Part shown: positions 8,470 through 18,004 of the stretch, piece by piece
Layout of the letters: the number at the start of each line of letters is the position of its first letter
Position numbering within the stretch: the first letter of the stretch is position 1
Source: a virus
Lineage: Duplodnaviria > Heunggongvirae > Uroviricota > Caudoviricetes
Strand: one strand, 5' to 3'
DNA: 30,872 nucleotides
Virus record (IMG/VR): IMGVR_UViG_2657245091_000018
Program-made: the position numbers and the translations under genes
The notes under the pieces: model-generated
The model's input: only the letters and a program-made list of their open reading frames with translations
Told to the model about the DNA's origin: nothing
The model's database searches: none

Positions 8470-8796
8470 TTATGTAGTTTGCCCACTGAGCAGGTCCAGC
8501 GCGAATTGACGTTCTTCCGGCTTGAGCCGGTCAATCAGGAATTTAACCAGCTTGTTGCCGGTCAGCCCGCTGGGGCTGAGGGTATGTGAAAACTCAACGC
8601 TATAAACAAATGTATGACCACATTCCACTTCTGTGCAGCCACAGTATAAAGACGCCAGTTTTTTATCTTTCCAGTCAGATTTGCGAATGATGGCCGGTGA
8701 GCCGCATTCAGGACATTTAATTTTAAAAACTCGCATGTTCACCATCCCGCACGCCATTGCTAATAATGGGGGGGATTTTAACTTAACTGCGCTCAT
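8470..8796 (-). CDS. Ogr/Delta-family zinc-finger late transcription activator
   Basis: C2C2 pattern MRVFKIKCPECG...LYCGCTEVECGHTF as in P2 Ogr / 186 Delta (CPxC...CxxxxC.H). The long form starts at 8796 in an ATGA overlap with the portal stop (plus 8793-8796 = tcat). An alternative start is the internal Met at 8736 (MRVFKIKCPECG), directly at the zinc finger. Confidence 0.7.
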   Translation of the reverse strand: MSAVKLKSPPLLAMACGMVNMRVFKIKCPECGSPAIIRKSDWKDKKLASLYCGCTEVECGHTFVYSVEFSHTLSPSGLTGNKLVKFLIDRLKPEERQFALDLLSGQTT

Positions 8797-9854
8797 TTTT
8801 CGCCCTTTTCGGTGGCAATTGCCGGGATATCCACGTCAAAAACCAGGTGCAAGTGTGCGGGGATCTCCGGGTCATTATTGACGCCGTTCATTAGCTTGCG
8901 CTGCAAGGGGATAACTTCATCCTTGCGATAGGTTGTGCGGGCGGTTTCAGGGTTGCCCATTACCGCGCCGTTGGTCGGGATGATACCCGCCAGGCCAGCG
9001 GGGAAACGGTGGGCGGTAAAGATATCCTGCGCGGTTATCCCTTTGATGTTGGCAAATTCATCCTTTGCGCTGACTTCACCCACTGGCATGATTTTAACCC
9101 CTTCCGGGTCGCCCTTCGGGATGTTGATAAACATATTTCGGAAGTTACCCAGCCCTTTGGACTGGGCGATCTTCTCTTTGATTTCATTTTCCATTTCCAG
9201 CGTAAGATTCGGATCGCTGGTATAGAGAATAAAGCCCATATGTGCCCCATTATTGTAGTAACGGCGTCGGAAGATGGTTGCCTCACTGTTGAGTAACACC
9301 GAATGGATGCCGCCGATATAGTCAGGCAGGCCATACACCTGCTGGCGCGGGTCGTACATTTTAAAAAAGACGATGTCTTCCGGTTCATAGATAAGTGCTG
9401 GCCCTTCCTGCAAAACAGCAAACGCCCCGTCTTTTCGGCAGCGCAGATACAGCGACGGCAGCGGCAGCAGGTCGATCACTTCCCCGAATACGTTACGAAT
9501 TTTCAGGATAGCGACGTCACCAAACAGCAGGTAATCAAAGACAGCCTGTTCGACCTGGTCAGGCGTCAGGCCGCCGCCGATGTAGCCACCGGCAACCATA
9601 TTGCGCCGCGCATACAGTACCCCACCGTGCTGGCCGTTAAGGTTCGGCAACTGGGCCAGCGCTAGGCGATCAATCGGGAGTCGCCAGTGGTCATACTCAT
9701 TGTCATACCAGATATTGTGATAATCAGTGCCGGTCGTCAGGATGGGTTCGGGTTCGCCAAATGTGATCACGCTTCCGCGCCCTGGCGTGAAGGATTCAAC
9801 CTTGCTGCCGGTCATGGACCTGAATTTTTTATTATTACGCTGTTTCTTTGTCAT
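8793..9854 (-). CDS. portal protein (P2 gpQ-like)
   Basis: 353 aa (P2 Q is about 344 aa). Lies next to and is co-oriented with the large terminase, as in P2-like phages. Start overlaps the terminase stop (9851-9854). Confidence 0.85.
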   Translation of the reverse strand: MTKKQRNNKKFRSMTGSKVESFTPGRGSVITFGEPEPILTTGTDYHNIWYDNEYDHWRLPIDRLALAQLPNLNGQHGGVLYARRNMVAGGYIGGGLTPDQVEQAVFDYLLFGDVAILKIRNVFGEVIDLLPLPSLYLRCRKDGAFAVLQEGPALIYEPEDIVFFKMYDPRQQVYGLPDYIGGIHSVLLNSEATIFRRRYYNNGAHMGFILYTSDPNLTLEMENEIKEKIAQSKGLGNFRNMFINIPKGDPEGVKIMPVGEVSAKDEFANIKGITAQDIFTAHRFPAGLAGIIPTNGAVMGNPETARTTYRKDEVIPLQRKLMNGVNNDPEIPAHLHLVFDVDIPAIATEKGEK

Positions 9855-11662
9855 GCTGCTTTCCCAAAGTACCAGCCCGATGGGCGGTCATATTCGTGAT
9901 CGATAGGTTCGTTAATTACGGCGTGCGAGATAGCGAAGAAAACATCTGCATGGCCGGTCGCGTCTGAACGTTCGGCAACAAACGTCAGCGCGTTGCCGCT
10001 GTTGGTTGTCGTGCGCCGGATAGCCATAAAGCTGGGCGGAATTTCGACGCGCTCTTTGTTCGTTTCGTCTACGGCGTCTTTTGCCCATTCGATGCGCTTA
10101 CGCTCGACAACGTCGATCATCTTCATTACCAGACGGTTTTTGCTTTCGACGCTGTAAAGAATGGGTGTGGCTTCGCGCGGTGCAAACTTGCTGACCAGGT
10201 CATAAACGCCCTTACCAATGCCGGTTGTATCGATCCCGATGTAAGTGATGTTAAAGCGGCGCATAAGCTGCTTTATCTGGTCGGCCTGCCAGCTGAAGTT
10301 AAAGCCCTGCCATTGCCAGACGGCCAGCACGCGGAAGCGCTCGCCGTCCTCTATGGGGGGCGCGATTAACACAAAGGTGGAGTTGTCGCCGGATCGTGAC
10401 GGGTCAAAGCCTGCCCATACTTCGCGATTGCCGAAGGGCCGCGCAGCGGTCAGATCAAAGTCGCCCCATGTGGCCCGGTCCACTTCGCAGCCGACAAGCG
10501 CGGAGAACTTGAACACCGCGTCCTTACTGTCAACAAACTGGCACATGTAGAGCATGGCGAACGCGGTCGGGCTGTATTTGTTGCGCAGCCGTTCAATATC
10601 GACAAGCGCACCGAGGCCACCTTCGATAGCGTCTTCCATCGTTATGATGTAGCGCCAGATCTGGTCCGGGCAGAGAATACCCTGGCGCATTTCGCTTTCT
10701 GTCGGGAACGCCACACCTTTGCGTTTCGGGTCGTCCCCGCGCCAGGCTTCGCCAGTCCATACCGGGTAAGCCTGGTGCGTTTTCGCGCTGGGCGTCGAAA
10801 AGTAGGTCGTCCGGTATTTGTTATGCGTTGCCATTGCGCTGGCAACTTCGTGCAGGCGCGTGAACTTCGGGATCCAGAAAACCTCATCGCCATACAGGTG
10901 GCCGTTAAAGCCCTGCGCGGTGCTGGCGTTCGTGGACAAAAAGCGCAGTATTGCGCCGTTGCTGAGGCGGATATTTTTACCCGTCAGCGTCACGCCGAAA
11001 TGGTTCTGGGCGATCTGGACGATGTATTCACGGAAGATTTCAGACTGGGAGCGGCTTGCAGAGAAAAAGACCTGGTTATCACCGGTAATGACAGCATCTT
11101 CGAATGCCTCCCAGGCGAAATAATAGGTCATGCCGACCTGTCGGCTTTTCAGAATGAAGCGCCAGTCTTCGCCTTTATGTTCGCGGCAGTGCAGCTGGTA
11201 CTCGAAGAGATGTTCCCGCGCCCAGGTGTCGAGCATTTCCGGTGTAATACCGGAAACGTCGTTTTTCTTATACCGGCGCTTTCTTTCCTCTGGTTCCCCG
11301 CCTGCGCTGCTGAGGCAGTACCCTTCACCATCATAAGCCGCTTTCTGGGCCTGAATTTCTGCCAGCTTTTCGGCGTGTTTGTTGCGCTGCGCCATGAGTT
11401 TCACATGGTGAGCAATCAGATCGCGCAGTTCTTCCAGTTCCAGCGCTGTTTTTTTCTCGCGGCGGGAGAGCTGGTCGATACGGCGGGCGATGACATTTTC
11501 CACCGATTCAACAGGCAGCAGTGATGCCCACTTCCCGACATCAGCCCAGTGGTAAATTGTACGCGGTGGAATATTCAGTTCCTGCGCAATATCTTTCGGC
11601 GTCCAGCTTTTCATATAAAGCGTGCGGGCCGCTTCTTTTAATTCATCGGAATATTTAGCCAT
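9851..11662 (-). CDS. terminase large (ATPase) subunit (P2 gpP-like)
   Basis: 603 aa (P2 P is about 590 aa). Position is divergent from the scaffold/capsid operon, matching the P2 Q-P / O-N-M-L layout. Confidence 0.85.
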   Translation of the reverse strand: MAKYSDELKEAARTLYMKSWTPKDIAQELNIPPRTIYHWADVGKWASLLPVESVENVIARRIDQLSRREKKTALELEELRDLIAHHVKLMAQRNKHAEKLAEIQAQKAAYDGEGYCLSSAGGEPEERKRRYKKNDVSGITPEMLDTWAREHLFEYQLHCREHKGEDWRFILKSRQVGMTYYFAWEAFEDAVITGDNQVFFSASRSQSEIFREYIVQIAQNHFGVTLTGKNIRLSNGAILRFLSTNASTAQGFNGHLYGDEVFWIPKFTRLHEVASAMATHNKYRTTYFSTPSAKTHQAYPVWTGEAWRGDDPKRKGVAFPTESEMRQGILCPDQIWRYIITMEDAIEGGLGALVDIERLRNKYSPTAFAMLYMCQFVDSKDAVFKFSALVGCEVDRATWGDFDLTAARPFGNREVWAGFDPSRSGDNSTFVLIAPPIEDGERFRVLAVWQWQGFNFSWQADQIKQLMRRFNITYIGIDTTGIGKGVYDLVSKFAPREATPILYSVESKNRLVMKMIDVVERKRIEWAKDAVDETNKERVEIPPSFMAIRRTTTNSGNALTFVAERSDATGHADVFFAISHAVINEPIDHEYDRPSGWYFGKAA

Positions 11663-11723
11663 GCGGCTATTATGGCGGGATTATTTTGCAGAATTGATAA
11701 TTAAATATCGGTAAAAAGTGGCT

Positions 11724-11745
11724 ATGTATTTATAACCGAATACAT
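11724..11745. promoter_or_regulatory. dyad-symmetric element in the divergent late-promoter gap (candidate activator site)
   Basis: ATGTAT-ttataaccga-ATACAT, perfect 6-bp inverted arms, in the 176-bp gap between terminase (-) and scaffold (+) starts. The P2/186 late-activator consensus is TGT-N12-ACA; here TGT and ACA are 14 nt apart, so the match is imperfect. Confidence 0.3.
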
Positions 11746-11838
11746 AAGAAATAAAGCGGTCGCGCTGTTTTAATCAATTCGCAATACTGACCACCACAAA
11801 CGAATCATTGTTATTAAATTCATTATTAAAGGTCAGTT

Positions 11839-12900
11839 ATGCCGCAATCTCATTACCGCACGGATTGGCTATGTATTGCCACATCTGGAAAGGCTGTGGA
11901 CGGTCGCACCATTGAACCGCAATGGTTGATTGATGCGGCAGAAACCTACACCCGCAAAACCTACACGGCCATGATTTGGCCGCACCATCCGCAATGCGAT
12001 ATCAGCGAACGTGAATTTACCTGCAATCTGGGGGAAGTGGACGCGCTGAAAGTGGAAACGGAAGGTGATGTCACGAAGTTATATGCCCAGTTAATCCCAA
12101 ATCAATTTTTAATTGATGCCAATCGGCAGGGGCAAAAGTTATTTACGTCAGCAGAATTTGTCACTGATTTTGCAGGCAGTGGTCGTGAATATCTTTTTGG
12201 GCTGGCTGTGACGGATATTCCGGCAAGTCTGGGAACGGAAAAACTTAAATTCGTTTTAGCCGGTGAAGAAAAGGACGCCGAACGCGGGAGTCTGGAAACA
12301 TTCAGTTTAGGAAAATTACAGACAAGTAAACCGGATAAAAAAAATTCTTTCTGGTCGCGTTTATTTTCGGCCAGTAAAGATTTTACGCCAACCCCAGAGC
12401 CAAACACTGACAAGCCCACCGAGGGCGACGGAGAAAAAATGGAAGAATTAAAAGCGCTCATTCAGCAAATGCTGGATCTGCTTAAAAGCGGTAAAGACGC
12501 CGCAACGGGTGATGCTGACACGGTTGATACCCCTGAACAGGCCGCTGATGTGGTGGCAGATGTTGCCGCCCAGATCGCTGATGCTGCCGACGAGGTGGCC
12601 GAGCTGGCGCAGGACGTTATCGAAAACCCGGAAGACGAAGTCAAAGCGGAAGAATTCAGCGCCGCCAAAGCCAACCTGGCAAAAGTCATGAAGTCATTCA
12701 ATGTGACGCCAGCGAAGCGCCCACGCGCCAGCCGTCGCCGTGACTTTTCCGCCCGTCGCCAGCCAGCTGGCAACCAGATGGACAACCTTACCACGCAGCT
12801 GACTACCGTCCTGACTAAGTTGTCAGCGATGGAAAACGGCAATACGCGCCGCCCTGGCAGTGCGCCAGGCGGAAGCAAAGAACCGTTTGAGTTTGTTTAA
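11839..12900 (+). CDS. capsid scaffolding protein (P2 gpO-like)
   Basis: 353 aa. Contains LFGLAVTDIPASLGTEKLKF, matching the conserved LVGLAVTDDPASLGTE segment of gpO as I recall it. Acidic Ala/Asp/Glu-rich C-terminal half. First gene of the rightward late operon. Confidence 0.8.
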   Translation: MPQSHYRTDWLCIATSGKAVDGRTIEPQWLIDAAETYTRKTYTAMIWPHHPQCDISEREFTCNLGEVDALKVETEGDVTKLYAQLIPNQFLIDANRQGQKLFTSAEFVTDFAGSGREYLFGLAVTDIPASLGTEKLKFVLAGEEKDAERGSLETFSLGKLQTSKPDKKNSFWSRLFSASKDFTPTPEPNTDKPTEGDGEKMEELKALIQQMLDLLKSGKDAATGDADTVDTPEQAADVVADVAAQIADAADEVAELAQDVIENPEDEVKAEEFSAAKANLAKVMKSFNVTPAKRPRASRRRDFSARRQPAGNQMDNLTTQLTTVLTKLSAMENGNTRRPGSAPGGSKEPFEFV

Positions 12901-12928
12901 CAGCCATTCTTTTCAGGAATAAAAGATT

Positions 12929-13951
12929 ATGCAATTAACCCCAAAAGCAGAGCAGATGCTGCGTAAGTTTGCCGCAGGCCTGGCGAAAGCTAACGGCCAG
13001 GTGGACACGTCGCGCTACTTCTCGCTGACAAATCCGAAAGAAACCCAGCTGCGCAATGCCCTGCTGCAAAGTTCTGAGTTCCTGCGCCTGCTGCCCAATG
13101 TGCTGGATGTGGACCAGATCACCGGCCAGGTGGTCAGCACCGGTAAACCGGGTATTTACACCGGGCGTAAAAAAGATGGTCGTTTCTCCCGCGCCCTGGG
13201 CGTGTCCGGTAACGAGTACAAGCTGGTAGAAACGGATTCCGGTTCGTATCTGCCTTACTCCCTGCTGGTTGTCTGGGCGAACGCGGGCAGCGAAGAGGAG
13301 TTCTTCCAGCGTATTCAGGCATTCAGCAACGAATCTTTCGCGCTGGATATGCTGCGCGTGGCGTTCAACGGAACGAGTGTTGCAGAAGATACAGACCCGG
13401 AAGCCAACCCGAATGGCGAAGACGTCAACATCGGCTGGCACAAAATCGTTAAAGACCGTTCATCTGAGCAGATTATTTCTGATGCCGTCACTATCGGCGC
13501 GTCGGGTGCTGACTTTATTGGTCTGGATGCGGCAGTCACTGACCTGGTGCACACCTGCATTTATGAGCCATTCCGCAATGACCCGCGCCTGGTTGTGCTG
13601 GCTTCCGCTGACCTTATCGGCAACGACGCCACCACCATGATGAATAAGATTGATCGCCCGACTGAGAAAGTCGCCGCGCAGCTTATTGGCCGCCAGATTG
13701 CTGGCCGTACCGTGTACACCCCGCCGTTTATGCCGGAGGGGCGCCTTATCGTCACCACGCTGGACAACCTGCATATCTATACCCAGCAGGGCACACGTAA
13801 GCGTAAAGCGGAATGGAACGACGACCGCAAGCGCTTCGAGAATAACTATCTGCGCATGGAAGGTTACGGCGTCGAGCATGACGAGCTGTATGCGGCATTC
13901 GACAAAATCACCCTTGCGACCGGCGAAGTTGCACCGGGAGGGGGCGCGTAA
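12929..13951 (+). CDS. major capsid protein (P2 gpN-like)
   Basis: 340 aa. Shares motifs with gpN as I recall it (GWHKIV, DPRLVVL, TTLDNLHIY versus P2 GWLQKY, DPDLVVI, TKLENLSIY). Sits between scaffold and small terminase. Confidence 0.8.
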   Translation: MQLTPKAEQMLRKFAAGLAKANGQVDTSRYFSLTNPKETQLRNALLQSSEFLRLLPNVLDVDQITGQVVSTGKPGIYTGRKKDGRFSRALGVSGNEYKLVETDSGSYLPYSLLVVWANAGSEEEFFQRIQAFSNESFALDMLRVAFNGTSVAEDTDPEANPNGEDVNIGWHKIVKDRSSEQIISDAVTIGASGADFIGLDAAVTDLVHTCIYEPFRNDPRLVVLASADLIGNDATTMMNKIDRPTEKVAAQLIGRQIAGRTVYTPPFMPEGRLIVTTLDNLHIYTQQGTRKRKAEWNDDRKRFENNYLRMEGYGVEHDELYAAFDKITLATGEVAPGGGA

Positions 13952-13953
13952 AA

Positions 13954-14655
13954 ATGGCCATGACCCCGTGTCAGCGACACCGAGCACGCGTGAAAGCCAC
14001 AAAGGCGCTGGATAAGTGCGAAGCCCTGACGGCATCGCCGGTCAGCTTTCACATTCAAATGCTGGAGCTGGAAAGGGATGTTGAACGGCTTCGCAGTCTG
14101 ACGCGTGCAGAACGCATGGACATGAAGCGCGACGTTCTTTTGCCGCGCTGGATGCCGACCGTCGAGGCATATCTCGCCGGTGATGCCCGCTTTGCCAATC
14201 CGGCCCTGGTTTACTGCGTGATCTGGCTGTTCGATACGGGGGAAATGGGCAAGGCGCTGGACTGGGCTGACGTGGCTATCAGTGAGAGCCAGGCCACGCC
14301 GGAAAACTTCAAAAGCAACCTGCCTGCCTTTGTGGCCGACACGGTGCTGGAGTGGGCGATCATGCAGGCGGAAGCCGGTCACAGCATCGAACCCTATTTC
14401 AGCCGCACGTTTGAAAACATCCGCGAAAAGTGGCGTTTGCACGAAGACATTAACGCGAAGTGGTTCAAGTTCGCCGGTCTTTACCTGCTGCGCGACGAGA
14501 AGGGGCAGCCGCGTGCCACTGCCGTGGATGATGTGAACACGCTGGAGCAGGCCGACGCCCTTTTGGCCCAGGCGGCGGCGTACAACAAAAACGCCGGAGT
14601 TAAGACCATGCGCGAAAAAATCCGCGCCCGGATTAACGGCCTGACCCAGCTTTAA
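13954..14655 (+). CDS. terminase small / endonuclease subunit (P2 gpM-like)
   Basis: 233 aa. N-terminal M-x-x-P-x-Q-R-H pattern and position after the capsid gene, as in P2 O-N-M-L. Confidence 0.75.
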   Translation: MAMTPCQRHRARVKATKALDKCEALTASPVSFHIQMLELERDVERLRSLTRAERMDMKRDVLLPRWMPTVEAYLAGDARFANPALVYCVIWLFDTGEMGKALDWADVAISESQATPENFKSNLPAFVADTVLEWAIMQAEAGHSIEPYFSRTFENIREKWRLHEDINAKWFKFAGLYLLRDEKGQPRATAVDDVNTLEQADALLAQAAAYNKNAGVKTMREKIRARINGLTQL

Positions 14656-14697
14656 CGACTCCCGCAAGCCGGGACGGGCGCGGGGGAGGCATCAACC

Positions 14698-15231
14698 ATG
14701 CGGTTGTTGGCCGTGGAACCCGTTAGCCCGTTTCTATTGCAAAACCGAGGTGCGCCAATGAGTGGCCCAAGTTTCAGTATCAGCGGCAAGCCGGTGACGG
14801 TGACGCCAACAGCGATCACCAACGGCGTGACATTCTGGCCCGATCTCGATCTGGCCGAGTTTCAGAAGGTGCGCACGCTACCCGCCGATCTGCCGCCAGA
14901 AACCGCAGGCGTGGCCCTGCTGGCTGCTATTGCGGAAGTAAACGACGCGCTGGCCGACGTGGTGACGTACTGGAACGCGAAAGCCTGCGAGCGGGCTGCA
15001 GATGTACCGGGTGCAAAGATGGGCGACGAAACCCAGTTAACAGCCCAGTACAAAAAAGCGGTCTACGCCCGCGCAAAGGCCGATTTGCTGGGGGAGTTCG
15101 CCACCATCGGGCGGCGTGAATCGCATCCGGGGCAGGAAAGCCAGGACACCCGCGCCAGCCTGCTGGCCGAGGCGGCCAACGTGATGCGAAACATGCTGCG
15201 GCAACCACGCGTGGGGGTGCATCTGATATGA
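14698..15231 (+). CDS. head completion/stabilisation protein (P2 gpL-like)
   Basis: 177 aa; position and size match gpL. Alternative start at ATG 14758 with GAGGTG upstream; the 14698 start has GGGGGAGG upstream. Confidence 0.65.
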   Translation: MRLLAVEPVSPFLLQNRGAPMSGPSFSISGKPVTVTPTAITNGVTFWPDLDLAEFQKVRTLPADLPPETAGVALLAAIAEVNDALADVVTYWNAKACERAADVPGAKMGDETQLTAQYKKAVYARAKADLLGEFATIGRRESHPGQESQDTRASLLAEAANVMRNMLRQPRVGVHLI

Positions 15232-15704
15232 GCCAGCTTGAAAGCCTGACGGCGTTTATTACGGCAAATCTGCCGCCTGATGCCATGCAGATGTTTTCCA
15301 GTTCAATGGAGGATTGCGAGCTGGTACGCAACGCCAAAGCGCTGGGAAACAACCAGCGCCGGATCGGAGTGCTGACTTACACCGCCCGTTTGTCGTGGGA
15401 TGACTTCCCCTACCGCAAATATTCGCCGGGGCTGATTTATGCCCTGGTGCTGGCCTGGGTGGATGAGTTCGCCAACGAGCTGCGCGACGAACTGAAGTTA
15501 GCCGATCCCACCGTGGACCCGGAGTTCGACGACGAAGGGTCATGCATTCTGGATGTGGTTGTCCCGCTGGTTGATCCGCTGGTCCTGCGTGAAGTGGAAA
15601 AAGGGCCGATCCCTTTCAAGGGCAAGAAATGGGACATCGTAAACCCCGAAATCTGGGAGGCGTCGCAACTGGAATTTATTGTCCAGCGTGGTGACGCGTC
15701 GTGA
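15228..15704 (+). CDS. tail completion protein (P2 gpR-like)
   Basis: 158 aa. LVLAWVDEFANEL resembles the gpR region around VLAWLRENQPD as I recall it. Overlaps the previous stop (ATGA). Family assignment is moderate. Confidence 0.5.
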   Translation: MSQLESLTAFITANLPPDAMQMFSSSMEDCELVRNAKALGNNQRRIGVLTYTARLSWDDFPYRKYSPGLIYALVLAWVDEFANELRDELKLADPTVDPEFDDEGSCILDVVVPLVDPLVLREVEKGPIPFKGKKWDIVNPEIWEASQLEFIVQRGDAS

Positions 15705-16396
15705 TCCGTGGGGAGCTGAACCAGCAACAGCTAAAGCAGATGCGGGAAACGCTGGCAAAAGCTGACCTTCCCCCGCGTAAGCGCCAGCGCCTTTTATGGC
15801 GTATTGCAAAGCTGGGCATTGTCGCAGCGGCAAAACGTCACCAGCGCCAGCAGGCGGCCCCGGACGGTACGCCGTGGGAGCCGCGCAAGCGTGGCAAAGG
15901 GAAGATGTTAAAAGGGCTGCCCAAGCTGTTGGCCGTGCGCGAAATGCCGGAGATTCAGGGGGTAAGAATTTACCTCAAGGGCGGGAACTACCGGAACGGG
16001 ACGAAGCCCATCGCGGCGGGTCTGGTCGGCGCGGTCCAGCAGGACGGCGCACGGATCCAGATGAAAGCCAGTAACGCCCCGCGTAAGCCGCAGGCTGACA
16101 AGCCAGCGCTACCGCGACAGGCCAAGCGTCTGCGGGCGCTGGGTTACAAAACCCGCAAGGGCAAACGCTGGGTTAAGCCGTCCAGCAAGCAAATCATGGA
16201 AACCATGAGCATGGCCCAGGCGGGATTACTGATTCGAAAACTGAAAGGCACACCCTCAAAACGCACATGGACCATTGATATTCCTGGGCGCGTTTTTCTG
16301 GGGGTGAGCAACGACGAATTTAACCAAATTATTGCGCGGCAAATGCAGGCAATCGGCTTCGGCTGGGACGTCAACGCGCAGCAAATCAGGGGGTAA
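15701..16396 (+). CDS. phage virion morphogenesis / tail completion protein (gpS-like family)
   Basis: 231 aa, basic and Lys/Arg-rich, immediately after the R-like gene with overlapping start. Position is consistent with the gpS virion morphogenesis family. Confidence 0.55.
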   Translation: MIRGELNQQQLKQMRETLAKADLPPRKRQRLLWRIAKLGIVAAAKRHQRQQAAPDGTPWEPRKRGKGKMLKGLPKLLAVREMPEIQGVRIYLKGGNYRNGTKPIAAGLVGAVQQDGARIQMKASNAPRKPQADKPALPRQAKRLRALGYKTRKGKRWVKPSSKQIMETMSMAQAGLLIRKLKGTPSKRTWTIDIPGRVFLGVSNDEFNQIIARQMQAIGFGWDVNAQQIRG

Positions 16397-16398
16397 AA

Positions 16399-17541
16399 AT
16401 GACCTGGCCGAATGTCAACGTCAGTCAGAAAAACCGCTTCAACGGCACAACGAACGACGTCGAGCGCGTCATCCTCTTTGTGGGTTACGGCGACACTAAC
16501 ATCGGGAAAACCCAGTCGCTGAATACCGGCAGCGATCTGGATAAAGCCCTGGGCGACAAAGACAGCCCGTTAAAAAATATGGTGGCCGCAGCGGCCAATA
16601 ACGCCGGTCAGAACTGGTTTGCTTACGTGCATGTGCTGGCAGAACCAGACAAGGAAGCCGAGGGCTATAAACCAGATGAAGACTGGATGAACGCGGTCAA
16701 GATGGCCCAGAGCGTGGCATCCGTGGAAGGGGTTTTCCTGGTATTTGATACCGACGAAGTGGCAACCATCAACCGTGCAACGGAAATGCGTATCACCTTG
16801 CAGGCTAATTATGGGCGATTTATCTGGTTTGGCCTTGCGATAGGCGGGCCGAAACAGGGCGAAGCATGGGCCGATTATGTGACGCGCCTGGCACAACTCC
16901 AGGACGGTATTGCGTCACCGGGTGTGCAACTGGTCCCGCGTCTGTGGGGCAATGAACCCGGCGTCCTGGCCGGTCGCTTGTGTAACCGTTCGGTGACGGT
17001 GGCAGACAGCCCCGCCCGCGTTGCAACCGGCGCAGTCACCGCGCTGGGGCGTGACAAACTGCCGGTTGACGGGACGGGAGCCGAAATTGATCTGTCCGTG
17101 TTGCAGTCCCTGCAGGTGAACCGCTACAGCGTGCCGATGTGGTATCACGACTATGACGGCATCTACTGGGCTGACGGTCGCACCCTGGACGTTGAAGGCG
17201 GCGATTATCAGGTCATTGAAAACGTGCGCGTGGTTGATAAAGCATCCCGACGCGTCCGTCTGCGTGCTATCCCCAAAATTGCCGATCGTTCACTGAACAG
17301 CACACCGGGCAGCATTGCCGCGCATGAAACCTATTTCGGCAAGCCGCTGCGTGAAATGGCGATTTCAACCCAGATCAATGGCGTCGAATTTCCGGGCGAA
17401 GTGAAGCCACCAAAGGACGGTGACATCACCATCACCTGGACCAGTAGCGAAGCGGTACAGATTTACCTTGTGGTTCGACCGTATGAGAGCGCGAAAGAAA
17501 TCAGCGTCAGCATCGAACTGGACACCTCACTGGAGAGCTAA
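16399..17541 (+). CDS. putative tail sheath-like structural protein (DUF2586-like)
   Basis: 380 aa, located before the tube-like gene and upstream of the chaperone/tape measure. Does not resemble P2 FI sheath as I recall it; assignment is by position and size. Confidence 0.45.
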   Translation: MTWPNVNVSQKNRFNGTTNDVERVILFVGYGDTNIGKTQSLNTGSDLDKALGDKDSPLKNMVAAAANNAGQNWFAYVHVLAEPDKEAEGYKPDEDWMNAVKMAQSVASVEGVFLVFDTDEVATINRATEMRITLQANYGRFIWFGLAIGGPKQGEAWADYVTRLAQLQDGIASPGVQLVPRLWGNEPGVLAGRLCNRSVTVADSPARVATGAVTALGRDKLPVDGTGAEIDLSVLQSLQVNRYSVPMWYHDYDGIYWADGRTLDVEGGDYQVIENVRVVDKASRRVRLRAIPKIADRSLNSTPGSIAAHETYFGKPLREMAISTQINGVEFPGEVKPPKDGDITITWTSSEAVQIYLVVRPYESAKEISVSIELDTSLES

Positions 17542-17544
17542 TCA

Positions 17545-18000
17545 ATGACTGAACGTATTAGCGGCGGATCGTTCGATGTGAACTACGACAGCATCATGAT
17601 TCACGTCGAAAACGCCACCGTCACCATTACGGATAACAGCGCCGTTGCGCAGTCGCGTGGCATCCCGAACGGCCACACGAAAGGGTCAGTTTCGGCGGAT
17701 GTGGAAGTCGAAGTCGATTCCCAGAGCTTTAAAAAGTTTACCGCCGTTGCCCGTGCCGCAGGTTCCTGGCGAGCCATTCCGGCAAAGGACTTTTTGTTCT
17801 ATGCCAATGCGGGGGATGACGAAGAAAAAATCGAGGTGTTTGGCTGTGTTCCGACGCTGTCCGACATCGTCAACATCAACCCCAACGAGGCCAGCAAAAC
17901 CACGAAAAAAATTAAATTCATGGTGACAAGCCCGGACTTTGTCGCGATTGACGGCGTGCCGTACCTGTCAGCCCGTGACACTCGAGATCTGAAAGGCTGA
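17545..18000 (+). CDS. putative tail tube-like structural protein (DUF2597-like)
   Basis: 151 aa, follows the sheath-like gene. Size and position are typical of a myovirus tube protein. Confidence 0.45.
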   Translation: MTERISGGSFDVNYDSIMIHVENATVTITDNSAVAQSRGIPNGHTKGSVSADVEVEVDSQSFKKFTAVARAAGSWRAIPAKDFLFYANAGDDEEKIEVFGCVPTLSDIVNINPNEASKTTKKIKFMVTSPDFVAIDGVPYLSARDTRDLKG

Positions 18001-18004
18001 CACG

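Noticed and set aside
10775-11524. 249-aa ORF on the + strand inside the large terminase gene
   Set aside because: Fully antisense to the 603-aa terminase ORF; a high-GC antisense frame with no independent support.
13864-14667. 267-aa ORF on the - strand overlapping the small terminase gene
   Set aside because: Antisense to a syntenic late operon (N-M-L), and its Arg/Gly/Pro-rich composition is typical of antisense frames.
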